Shown piece by piece: positions 11,795-23,324 of a stretch of 64,000 nucleotides of DNA. Position numbers and translations under genes: made by a program. This DNA is from the human T2T-CHM13v2.0 reference genome, Homo sapiens. Under the pieces are notes generated by a model that was not told where the DNA came from, ran no database searches, and was given only the letters and a program-made list of their open reading frames with translations. The stretch lies in NCBI RefSeq assembly GCF_009914755.1, contig NC_060929.1; one strand, 5' to 3'. The stretch's first letter is position 1. Each line of letters opens with the position of its first letter.

Positions 11795-12589
11795 TTCTAC
11801 TCAAATGATGTTCTTCATTTTTCCCCATGAATGATATAGTAGTTACTCAGATTTTTGAATACTGTAACTTAATTCTGACAGTTGAGGTCAAACAATATTG
11901 ATATTTATGATATTTTTGCTTAAGGAATATCGGAGTCATAAAATAATTTTATTTTATGGAGTGTGGAGAATGCCTGAGAACAAGAGGGATACCTGCCCTG
12001 AACAAAGTCCTATTATTTAGTGAAGTACATTTAACAAAGTGCCAACGTTATATTACCAATAAGCCAGCATGATTTACTTCCAGCGATTATGTAGTTTACG
12101 AGTAGCAGGGTATTTTTGTCCTCTGTTCAAAGGCAAGATTCTCAAAATAGTGACCCTCGGGTAAGAGACACATAAATTTGGATGAATAAGTTATATTCTA
12201 TATTTTTGTTTAAGAATTATCTAAATTCTGTGACAGTATATACTACAGGACTAACAACTAAAATAATTCATTGTTTTATGCCATTATAATCAATTACATT
12301 AAAATGAATTCTCTCTTATGGAAAATCGGAAGAAGCTACTTGATGCTTATGTCAGACAATTTGTTTGGGACTACAAGGTAGCAATTAGAGGAAAGAATAA
12401 CTCACTTTTTCTGAAGGCTGCTTTATCTTCATAAGAAGAGCCTTAAAAGAGATAATTTACCTGTTCAACAGTTCAAGGGCCTGTGGATAAAAAGGTGAAA
12501 AAAATAATTTCTACCCTTTATTAGCTTATGTTATTCTGGGATCACAGATGATATGAACAGACAATTATAATAGAAATAGATCACTTTAA

Positions 12590-13700
12590 TATTTAAAGCT
12601 TTAGGAGTTGAAATATCTATCAGAGAAACTATTGAAGTTATAAGAAGACAGGCAAGAGGATACATGTACTCAAAGGAGTAACAAAATATGGAAAAAGAAA
12701 AGTTTCAAAGGAGGACAGAAGTCTAATTTGAATAACGATTAACTACAGGATTTATCAACGTGCAGATCACTGTTGACTTTGCCGAGGGTGCGTTTGGCGA
12801 AGTGATAAAGCTACTTTCTGAAGTGGGTTCAAGACAAATTGTACAGAGAGGAACTGATAGAAGAGAATACAGGAAAATTAGTGTAAAAGAGGCAGATTAA
12901 TTTGAATTTAGCTGGAGGAGACTATACAGAGGGATAACTTTATTTCTTTGAAATGGGAGTTATTAGACAATTTTTACATGCTAGTGAGAATGATTCAATA
13001 AAAAGGGAAAATTATGCCTCAGGAGAGGGAGCAGGAAAAAATAAAGAAAAAAAGGGAACATAACAGATAATGTTAGCAAATGTAAGAACAATTGCTGAAA
13101 CAACAACCTTGCACATATAATAGTGCATGAGGTCTAAGAAGGCATAACTGGAGAAATTTTCTTTGCCTGGCAGGAAGAGGGAAGTGTTCATCCTTAGAAG
13201 TATAGATGCAGGTAGGTGGGAGGATGTGGTGGTAGGGACATATATTCACTGTTGCATAATTATTTCTCAGTGAAATAGGAAGCATGGAAAGGACACAAAA
13301 AGTTACAAAATAGTCACCTCTGAGAGTTGGGTAGATAGTGGTGGATAAAGAGGGAAGCATAGCAGAACTGCTGGACGTCACTAAGGACCCACTTAAAGTC
13401 AATAATACCAGATGGCAAAAAGTTAATTTTCCCTCCCTTCAGCAACACTAAATTTGGTGAATCAGTCCTAAGATGAATTTATTCAGTTGTGATTTTGCTT
13501 GAAATGTATAAAAAATAGTATAATACTAATGAAGTTTAAGGAGGGAAGTGAAGACAGATGAAAATAAAGGTCAGTGCAATGATGGTGAGATCAATGCCTT
13601 GGAGATGAGGTGTAGGGGAAGCTGTGGAAGGCAGAGAATCATTAGATTTAGGTGCCAAGGATAGGAGACAGGGCACCTTTAGAGTGATTTCCTCCAAGAT
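12590..13700 (-). mobile_element. L2 LINE ORF2 remnant
   Basis: 'ggatttatcaacgtgcagatcactgttgactttg...gaagtgggttcaagac' antisense L2 RT motif in a purine-rich tract. Confidence 0.5.
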
Positions 13701-13900
13701 CTCACGGTGCAATGGTAGCACTTCCAACTGTAGAGTGATTGTACTTTCATAATAGGAGAAATAGTGTTTCATTGTAATAGGAGGCATGTAGTAAATATTT
13801 AATACGTATTTTTGATTGGTATTTTAAAATACATCAAGTGTACAACATACATCAAGTATGTTTAAAATACATCAAGTATATAACATAAATATTTAGGTAA

Positions 13901-14149
13901 GAGGCTGAGGTGGGCGGATCACGAGGCCAGGAGTTCGAAACCAGCCTGGCCAACATAGTGAAACCCCATCTCTACTAAAAATAAAAAAATCAGGTGTGGT
14001 GGCACACACCTGTAGTCCCAGCTACTTGGGAGACTGAGGCGGGAGAATCACTTGAACCCAGGAGGCAGAGGTTTCAGTGAGCTGAGACCATGCCATTGCA
14101 CTCCAGCCTGGGTGACAGAGTGAGACTACGTCTCAAAAAAAAAAAAAAA
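13901..14149 (+). mobile_element. AluS (Sg-like), 5'-truncated by ~45 nt
   Basis: Starts 'gaggctgaggtgggcggatcacgagg', ends with an A-tail; short flanking repeat 'taggta'. Confidence 0.93.
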
Positions 14150-14161
14150 TAGGTACAGTAG

Positions 14162-14574
14162 TGTCTCCATTCATTTTACACTGTTATAAAGGAATATGTG
14201 AGGCTGGATAATTTATATTTAAAAAAGAGGTTTATTTGATGCATGGTTCTGCAGGCTGTATAAGAAGCATGGTGTCAGCATCTTCATCTGGTAAGGACCT
14301 CAGGAAGTTTTCAATCATGGAAGAAGGTGAAAGGGGTACAGGCGAGCCACATAGTGAGAGAGGCAGGAAGAAAGAGAAGGGGAGGAAGGTGCCAGGCCCT
14401 TTTCAAATATTGAATCTCACTGTAACCAATAGAGCAATAACCCGCTCTTTGTTGTGGGGATGGCACCAAGCCATTTGTGAGGGATCTGCTCCCATAACCC
14501 AAATACCTCCCACTAGGCCCTATCTTCAACATTGGGGATCAAATTTTGACTTGAAATTTGGAAGGAACAAATAC
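14162..14574 (-). mobile_element. MaLR solo LTR (MSTA/MSTB-like)
   Basis: 'ctgttataaaggaatatgtgaggctggataatttat...aggctgtataagaagcatggtgtcagcatc...cctcccactaggccc...caacattggggatcaaatt'. Confidence 0.85.
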
Positions 14575-14889
14575 AAGTAGTTCTCCCTATGTACAGTTTT
14601 ACTTTCTGTGGTTTCAGTTAGTTTTCTGTGGGCAATCATGTTTCAAAAATATTAAATGGAAAATTTTGGATGTAAACATTTACATAAATTTTATTACAGT
14701 ATTGTTATTGTTCTATTTTATTATCAGTTATTGTTAAGCTCTTACTGTGACTAATTTATAAATCAAGCTTTATTATAGATATGTATGTATATGAAAAAAC
14801 AGCATACGAAAGGTTCTGTACTATCCAGGGTTTCAGATATTCACTGGGGATTTGGGAACATATCCCCCTGGATAAAGGGGGACTACGGT
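14574..14889 (+). mobile_element. MER44A-like non-autonomous Tigger (Tc1/mariner-pogo) element
   Basis: Degenerate terminal inverted repeats (TIRs) 'caagtagttctccctat' ... 'gataaagggggactacgg'; internal 'aaaatattaaatggaaaatt' and 'tactatccagggtttcagatattcactgggg'. Confidence 0.8.
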
Positions 14890-16842
14890 GGAAACACTAG
14901 TTAAGTCCTGTGTTAAATGCACTATAATTCAAGTTCCACTGGAGGGATTTTAGTCAGAAAGAGGAGATGTGCTAAGAGATATACTAGGTTTAGTTCGGAG
15001 ACCACTTGTCTGTATCCTCTGATTCTTGCTCTCTTGAGGCAGGAAAGAGGAGTTATTAATATACAGGAAGGCAAAAGATTCAGAGGCAAGCAGGTGCGAC
15101 TGTGTGGGCTCAGTTCCCAACACCACCCTTGAATCCATTCTCTAAATTTCCATACCTCTCCTTTTACAGTAGTCTACCCAAATAACATTAAGTTACATAT
15201 CTAACCAACTTTTTTTTAATTCAAGCTTCACTTTTCTCATATATCATTGTCTTCTATATATGACAAATTTATTGTCTCAAAACTCAAACTCTCTCTGTCC
15301 TCATTTTTATTCTATCTCCTCCTTAGAAAATAGACTGTGGCATAGAATGGCAAAGTCAGGATAGTTTTTCATCCCTAACTTTTATTAAAGGAAGCTATCA
15401 ATGTCAATCTTCCTCTCCATGTCTTTGCTTCAGTGATTCTTAACAAGGAAATTAAGTTGAAAATAGGAGGAATGTGGGTCTTAAATGACACATTTCATAT
15501 TAAACACTTCCTTTTAAAACCATGCAATAAATATTCTTAAAGTAGTAAATGTTAACAAAGAGAACGTCTATTATGTACCTAATGTGAGTTTTTGCTGGTT
15601 TGTGGTATTTAGAATATACATTTTTAAAACATAGAGAAAAGTCAACATAATGTAAGCTGCTTATAAGAGACCTTCAAGAAAAAGGTAATATTTGATAAAA
15701 CACCTGTGAATGTTAATGAATTTGTCACCCTTTCCTCTAAAAGACAAAGTTATTCCAAGCACTTCAGAATGTCCAAGTTTAGTCTCAAATGATCTATCCT
15801 GTGGAACACTGCAAGATTCAGTTTTTAAATCTGTGCTTCAGAGAACAGCAGCCCATCAATTAACCTATTGTTAAATGCATTTTTAACACGCAGGTAATTT
15901 GACATTTTGAGATGTAAAATTTGGGGAATGTAAAGAGTAATTTCAATATAGACAGAATAAGTAACCATATTTACACATATGTACATGGGCCATGTCTTCA
16001 AGAATTGTTTGCAGTGATAGTTAAAATTGAATAAGATGACAAATTAATGATATTTTCATCCGGATTTGTTAGTCTACTCTATTGCATGTGACAATGATTT
16101 AGTACAGTGAAGATTGGCTTTTGTAGAAGTTCTATAAGTAGCTTCAATTAGGAAAATGTACTTAGGCAGACATTCTCAAGGCCTGTCCCTCAGAATGTTA
16201 ATGTGAGTGGCCTTTAAAAGGAAATCAATAACTAGATAAATCTAGGAAAATTGGTCTAAACAAGGTAACACAGTTTGAACATTTCAGACTCTGATATTTT
16301 ATGATATTTTGTACATTTGCAAAAGGGATAAATATCTATATGTATTTCTCAAATATATTTGAATACAGATAACCATGTTGCCTTATGAAACATAGTTCCA
16401 CTATTATATAACTTTGGGAATGCAAGCGTGTGATTTTTTTTGTTATTGTTGTTGTTTTTCTCTTCATTATAACAGGTGTGGAGAGAAAAGAAGTAGGGAT
16501 TAATGTTAATGGTCAGATAAATTTAGAAAACATTGGTTTAATAAGATTTGAAGAGGGAATCTGGAATCAGAGCATGTGTTTAAGAATTTCTATACTGTTG
16601 TATTTAAAACCTTTGCACCCTAGTAGGTCACAACTTTCTTGGCTTTTAGAATATTTATCTGTGAAATAGGACATTTAAACTAATAACCCTCAAGGGCAAT
16701 TTTAACGCCTGATGAACCTGATTGGATGTGGGCCCACTGAACCTGGGCCTGTTTTTTCTCAAGTATGCATATTTCAGGAAATGGAGAGACAATGGGTAAA
16801 TCGAAAGAGTTAAGGAAGAGCATCCTTGAAACACTGGGGAGT

Positions 16843-17631
16843 GTTACTGGTTGAATTGTGCCCCCCCCCCAACCAAATTCATAACTTGAAGTCCTCATTC
16901 CCAGTGCCATAAAATGTAACCTTACTTAGACATAATGGATATTACAGATGTAATTAGTTAAGATGAGGATACTGGCCCCTACTTCTGTATTACTGTTAAC
17001 TTATGTTATTCTGGGGTTAGTTTATGTTATTCTGGGGTCCTTATAACAAAAGATGCCGGGCTCAGTGGCTCACACCTGTAATCCCAGCACTTTGGGAGGC
17101 CAAGGTGGGTTGATCACTAAGTCAGGAGTTCGAGACCAGCTTGACCAACATGGTGAAACCCCGTCTCTACTAAAAAATACAAAAATTAGCCAGGCGTGGT
17201 GGCAAACGCCTGTAATCCCAGCTACTCAGGAGGCTGAAGGAGAAGAATCGCTTGAATACGGGAGGCGGAGGTTGCACTGCGCCGAGATCACGACACTGCA
17301 CTCCAGCCTGGGCGACAGAGTGAGACTCCATCTCAAAAAAAAAAAAAAAAAAGGACAGAAATATACACACATCTATGAGGAGACAGAATGTGAAAATGAA
17401 GACAGAAATGAAATGATGCTTTTACAAACAAAGAAATGTCAATACCAGCAAACCACCAGGAGCCCGAGGAAGAGGCACACAGCAGGTTTTTCCTCACACT
17501 CTCAGAAGAAACAAACTGCAGAAACTTTGATCTGGGACTTCTGGCCTCTAGAACTATGAAACAATGAATTCCTGTTGTTTAAGCCATCGGTTTTTGATGC
17601 TTTGTTATGGCAGTCTTAGTAAACTAATACA
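16843..17631 (+). mobile_element. MLT1B/C solo LTR interrupted by an Alu
   Basis: 'tgttactggttgaattgtgcccc...attacagatgtaattagttaagatgagg' ... 'ggacttctggcctctagaact...ctttgttatggcagtcttagtaaactaataca'. Confidence 0.85.
17054..17352 (+). mobile_element. AluS, full length
   Basis: Both arms, CpG-retaining right arm, A-tail; accounts for ORF 17053-17559. Confidence 0.95.
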
Positions 17632-18149
17632 GAAGCAAGACAATAGGCAAAGTACATTATACAAAAAGTTAAGAATTAACATATGTCTTTGTACAGAACA
17701 CATTGTAATTTCTACCCACACAGGGAATCCGAAAACATGAGTTATTACATAATTATTTTGCAAGTCAAAATAATTTTTTTAAATGACAGTGTTTCAAAAT
17801 ATCTCATTATACGAAAGAGGTGAAAGTAGAGTTGTAACACGAGTGTAGAAGCAGTGAGTTGCTTGAGCTTCCCACTCCTCCACCTGCCTCCCTATTACTT
17901 CTGGAAGAGGATATGAGGCACCCGTATAGAACTTTTGCATCTGGGACAGCAGTTGGCTGGGTTTCTCACCAGGGGACCAAATGCGCCTTTTTTATCTTCA
18001 TTTCTTCTTCCAAAACACACCACCACTGGCATCTTAGTTTGAATTCCTTTGCTCATTCTTGTTATTCAACCACCTTCTTGATATCATCCATATGACTCCA
18101 TAGAATTTTAATAACAGCAATAGTAATAAAAATAATTGTACTACTCATA

Positions 18150-18220
18150 GTAACAGCATTAATTGAAAACTGTCTATGCCAGGCACTGTTCTAAGTGCTT
18201 TATATGTATTAATTCTAAGA
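18150..18220 (-). mobile_element. MIR 3' fragment
   Basis: 'ctatgccaggcactgttctaagtgctttatatgtattaattc'. Confidence 0.65.
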
Positions 18221-18794
18221 CATCACTATTAGACATTGAAAACTAATACTAGACCAAAGATTTACAATACTGTAAAATAATGTAATTTCTTCACCATATA
18301 AATATGTGTATGTTTTCAGTTACATATAATTTTTGGCATATACTATAATTTCCTCTTGGTGTCTATCTATAAGTTTGCAGTTTCTTCCCAATTTTTGTTT
18401 GTCTTACTACAATACTGAATATTGGGCAATACACTGTACAGAATAATTTAATTAATACTGTCAACAGAATTTTTTCTTTCAAACATTAAATGAAGAACTG
18501 TGATGAGATTTCCTGGTTTTACTATAAATATTTTCTATGTTTAAAGAAAGCATGTTTATTGAAGAAAAACTGCTTTCTTCTGAATGCTATTAATGGTAAA
18601 CATAAATGAATTCTAAGTTACTCCTGTGTATAAATCGTCAATGGTATGTAAAAAATACAATACTTAGGACTCAAGCTACAGCAACAAATCGACTTGGTAA
18701 TTGCATATAACAAGGCTACATAATATAACTCTGCTAATGAGATTTTAATTCTCGAATCTTTCTTGTGAATTAGTCAATGAAAGTAACAACAGAA

Positions 18795-18915
18795 ATTTAG
18801 GTTTCTATTGTCACTCTAATTTACTAGATTTTCAGCTATGTGACCTTGGCAAGTCACAACCTTTTGGGCCCTCATTTTACCTAGCATAAACTAAGGGGTT
18901 GGTTAGCTAATTTAT
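18795..18915 (+). mobile_element. MIR core fragment
   Basis: 'agctatgtgaccttggcaagtcacaaccttttgggccctcatttt'. Confidence 0.6.
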
Positions 18916-19820
18916 GAAATTATTTTGACGCTAATATGTAAGACTATATACTTCTAAATAATGTAGCCTTCTAATTTTAGCTATTACTTATTACAAAATT
19001 TTAATTTCTTAGTTCTGAATGGCACAATAATGTGAACTTCAGAGTTCAAAGCTTTTTTTTTTAAAGTCATCTTGATCATCATAACAATCTGTAAATGTAA
19101 AGGTAATGTAACATAAAATGTAAATGTAATAGACAAGAGAACATCAATTTTACATGTTTATTTAACTGGTAAGATGTAAATACAAATCTCAAAACACTAA
19201 TATGCATTACTGTTTTAACAGATAGTCAAAATTAGGAACACTTCCTTCTCTAATTGAGGATTTCTTTTTTTTTTCAAGGACTGATTATTTTCAGTTCCTA
19301 ATTTCAGGTCCCCAGTAGACAGATTGGTTGTTAAGACGATATTAAACAAAATAACTTATGTTTATATCATATAACTTTTCCTAAAAATTATGTGGGCATA
19401 TATATTGAAAATAGTTATTTAAATATCATGCTTAACTTTTTAATACTGTCAGACGTTTTTAAAATTTTTCTTGACTTCTCCAACCTAAACATTTGAATTT
19501 TACTAATTTATTAAGTCACTTAAGAATAAAATACAGATAAATTAATTTCTGAGGTCTCAATTATCTGACAATTTTTGTTTTCTGCATGCATTGGCACATA
19601 TTTGGCTTATTAATGGAAGCATGGGATTTATGCAAATTGTTTTATGAAAACTATAAATATTATTGTATAAGTTCTGGATTTTTTCCTGAGAGTTTTTTTT
19701 TAGTTGTGCATTTTTGAAGTAAATATGTTATTATAAATATTAAATAAAGTAAATATTAAATAAATAACACATCAGAAAAAAACTTGCACACAGTATGCAA
19801 CTTAAGAAATAGAAAATTAA

Positions 19821-20116
19821 GGCTGGGCACAGTGGCTCACGCCTGTAATCCCAGCACTTTTGGAGGCTGAGGCGGGTGGATCACCTAAGGTTAGGAGTTT
19901 GAGACCAGCCTGGCCAACATGGTGAAACTCCATTACTACTAAAAATACAAAAATTAGCAGGGCCTGGTGGCAGGGACCTGTAATCCTAACTACTCCGGAG
20001 GCTGAGGCAGGAGAATCCCTTGAAGTGGCAAGGCGGAGGTTACAGTGAGATTACAGTGGCAGAGATTGTGTCACTGCACTCCAGCCTGGGTGACAAGAAG
20101 TGCTACTCTCTCTCAA
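19821..20116 (+). mobile_element. AluSx/Sq lacking a poly(A) tail
   Basis: Full body 'ggctgggcacagtggctcacgcc...ccagcctgggtgacaag...tctcaa' followed directly by T-rich sequence. Confidence 0.93.
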
Positions 20117-20407
20117 TTTAAATTTATTTTGCTTTTAATTACTGAGATTCTGGAATGAACTTTAGTTGGCTTTCATAATTAGGGGAACATTTTCGGCATT
20201 ATGTTTTCAAATATCTTCCATCATACAGTTATCTTGTTCTGAACCTCTGGTTCGATATGTGGGAGACATTCTCGAACTCTTCATGTTTCTTATTCTTTTA
20301 TTCAAAAATTACTTATCTAATTATGTTTGACCTCAGTATGTGAATTATTTGGTCTTAAATTTCAGTAATCCTTCCTTTAGTTGGGCATAAATTCTCAATT
20401 GATATAC

Positions 20408-20936
20408 TGTAAGACAGGTAAAATTCTCCTTTAACTTCCTAGGCACTCCTGCTGGGACTAGGAATTAAACTGACATAAAACAGATTAACAGGTGAAAAGT
20501 ATATATGCTTTATTTAGTTATTTTTATACATACATGGGAGCCCACACAAGAAAATTGGATACCCCAAAAAGCAGTCAGGGCTGAAAGCTTATATACTAGT
20601 TTGGACAAAGAGTAGTGAATTGTGAAAAACATGATAAGACAAAGAGGTTTCGGCTAGGACAGTTAAATGTGGAAAGTGACTAGAAAGATAAGGGTTAGTT
20701 TAAAAAGGTTTATTTGTACAGATTTCTCCTGGCATCTACTCCTGGCCTGTGGTGATAAGAATGTCTTCCTTCCTCCAATAAGGGCTCCTTTTACATGGGA
20801 GCTTTATCTCCTGCTTTGAAAGAAACGAAGGTCAGAGTTCACTTCTTGTATCTGCTGTTTTTCAAGTGCCTTTAACTCAAAATAATCAATATGCCAAAGA
20901 GGTATATTTTGGGGTGACATGCTCCTGAACCCCATA
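20408..20936 (-). mobile_element. ERV1-class solo LTR (MER34/MER39-related)
   Basis: End 'caagtgcctttaactcaaaataatcaatatgccaaagaggtatattttggggtgacatgctcctgaacccc' is the reverse complement of the recalled MER34-group LTR start; ~530 bp. Confidence 0.65.
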
Positions 20937-21509
20937 AACACCAAATAAACATTTTTCTTCCCATTATTTTTAAAAATTTTATTTATTTTTAACTTATTTT
21001 AGCTCATAGTTTCAAAACTATCTTATTCCTTGAAACACATCAAACATATTTATTTTAAACTATTTTATAATAGTTCCATGTATACTCTTTCTGATGCTTC
21101 CAGTAGCTGAATATGTATAGACAAAATATTTTGTATTGCTTTCTATTATTTTTATTCACTCTCTCATCTGGTGCCTTCTTTACTTGTAAGTTTGTAATTT
21201 TTGAAAGAAAACTTTGGAACTTTATTGATAAACATCATTGAGACATTAGTTGAAATCAAGTTCTTCCAAAGAAGATCTTATAATCACTTATTGTTTAAAT
21301 TTTCCACATTAGATTCTCTTTTATTGTGATCAGATACATATTGAAATACCATGTTGCAAACTCATGAGAGAGCTGATTTGAGGTTACCTATTCTCAGAGT
21401 AAATTTTTGCTCTCCATTCATCCACAACTCAATAAAGAAAAAAGTCTGCTGGTTGTTTTTGTTTATTTGCTTGTTTGTTTCTTTAGTGCAGATAAAGTTT
21501 ATTATAATC

Positions 21510-22390
21510 TCTTTTTATTGTAATAAAATATAAATAACATTAAATTTATCATGTTAACCATTTTAAGTGTACAATCCAGTGACACTAACTAGTTCACAAT
21601 GTTGTACGCTAATCACTGCTATTTAATTCCACAGTTTTTCAAGACCCTAACCATTAACTATGTAGCAATTAAACATATCTTACCATTGCCACTTCCCCCA
21701 GTCCTGGTAAAATCAAATCTACATATTTTTTTCTATGAAAATTATCTATTATAGTTATTTCATATAAATGGAATAATACAATATGTTTTCTTCTTTGTCT
21801 GGCTTATTTTACTTAGCATTACTTTTCCAAGGCTCATCCATACTGTAGCTTGTGCCAGAACTTCATTTTCTAATTGGCTGAATATATGCCATTGAATACA
21901 TATATTATGTTTTGTTTATCCATTCATCAGTTGATTGTTTTGAATAATGCTGTTATGAATATTTAGGTGCAAGTATCTGTTTGAGTTCCTGTTTTCAAGT
22001 AATTGGGTGTATAACTTGGAGTACAAGTGTTGAGTTATATAAGAGTCAATTTTGTGAAGAATTGCCAAACTATTTTCCAGAGTCTGAGACAATTTACATT
22101 CCTACTAGCAGTGTAGGAGGGTTCTAATTTTTCCACCAACATTTGTATTTTTTCATTTTAAAAAGTTACAGCCATCCTAGTTGGTGTGAAGCCACATTGC
22201 ACTATGTTTTTCATTTACAGTTTCTTAATGAGTAATGATTTTGAGAATTTTTTATGTGTTTATTGGCCAGTTGTGTATCTTCTTTCAAGAAATGTCTATT
22301 CAAGCCCTTTGCCCATTTTTAATTTTGTCTGTTTCTTTGTTTTTGTTGTTGTTGAGTTGAAGGAGTGCTTTACTTATTCTGCATATCAAT
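21510..22390 (-). mobile_element. L1MB 3' end
   Basis: 'ttttattgtaataaaatataaataacattaaatttatcatgttaaccattttaagtgtacaa...tctggcttattttacttagcat...aaatgtctattcaagccctttgcccattttt'. Confidence 0.85.
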
Positions 22391-22429
22391 GAAGCAGAAT
22401 ATTTTTTTGACCTCTTCCTGGAACTCAGA

Positions 22430-23199
22430 GAAATCAGTGAGGGGGTGCTTCATTGACTTAGCCTGCAGCTCTCATCCTCTTGTGGGAGGGAGCGCACAAG
22501 CGAACAAGGTGGGAAGAGGAGTGCACAAGCGCTGGAACCTGCTGGCCACTTCAGTGCTGGCACTGGAGAACTCCACTCAGTCGGACCCACTGCGCTCCAC
22601 CTCTCAGGGGAGGGAGCACCCAAGTGAGAGAGTACAGGAGCCAGGGGGAGGGCTTTTGGGTGCTGGCAGGAGCGAACTCCATGCAGGCCCCACAGCAGCT
22701 TCTGGCAACCCCTGACGCCCCAGAGGGCATATTATAGTGCCCTTTCAGCTCTGCCATCTGCGGACGGCTTAACAGTGCCTTTTCACATGAGGCAGCTGCC
22801 TTCTACCGGCGAGGGCAAAGGGCAAGTGTGACAGCATTTTGTATCCGCACTTGTGGCTCCTGAGCTCTTGTCTGGTATCCAGGAGAAATGAGGTCCTATG
22901 AATGAATTGAAGGGTGGCAAATGCAGGGGATTTTATTGCCAGTGAAAGTGGCTCTCAGCAGGAAGGGGATCTGCAAAGGGGATGGGGTGGGAAGGTAATC
23001 TTCCCTTGAAGTCTGGCCATCTCAGGCTGAATTCTTCTCCGAAGTTATGCTGTCAAGATGTCTCTCTGAGATCAAGCGCCTCTCTCCAATGTCCAGACGT
23101 AGTCAGGACATCCAGCCACTTCTCCTCTCTGCCGGCTGAGCCCGGGATTTTGATAGGCACAGGACTGGAGGAGGCACGAGGCCATGGGTGGTTTTGGGA
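22430..23199 (-). mobile_element. GC-rich ERV1 LTR fragment (MER52/LTR1 group)
   Basis: 'cttgtggctcctgagctcttgtc...gaattgaagggtgg...ggattttattg...aagtggctctcagc'; repeated 'gggagggagc' unit; AATAAA on the minus strand near 22932. Confidence 0.7.
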
Positions 23200-23263
23200 A
23201 AAAAAGTTTCAGATTTTGGAGCTTTTCAGATTTCAGGTTTTCATATTAGGGATACTCAACCTG
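23200..23263. mobile_element. Tigger4/MER46 terminal fragment
   Basis: 'tttcagattttggagcttttcagatttcaggttttcatattagggatactcaacctg' is a TIR-containing end. Confidence 0.7.
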
Positions 23264-23264
23264 G

Positions 23265-23319
23265 ACTAGGTACCAATATATGAATTTGGGGAGGAAGCAC
23301 CCACATTCAGACTATAGTA
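23265..23319 (-). mobile_element. MaLR (MLT1A/MST) LTR terminal fragment
   Basis: 'aatatatgaatttggggagg...acattcagactatagta'. Confidence 0.55.
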
Positions 23320-23324
23320 AGCAT

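Noticed and set aside
17001-17038. Tandem 'ttatgttattctggggt' duplication in MLT1 (also 'ttactggatg' x2 near 53721)
   Set aside because: Ordinary short slippage duplications
17053-17559. Longest ORF in the track (168 aa)
   Set aside because: Read-through of an Alu and its A-tail (poly-K) into MLT1 sequence; a typical Alu-frame peptide, not a gene
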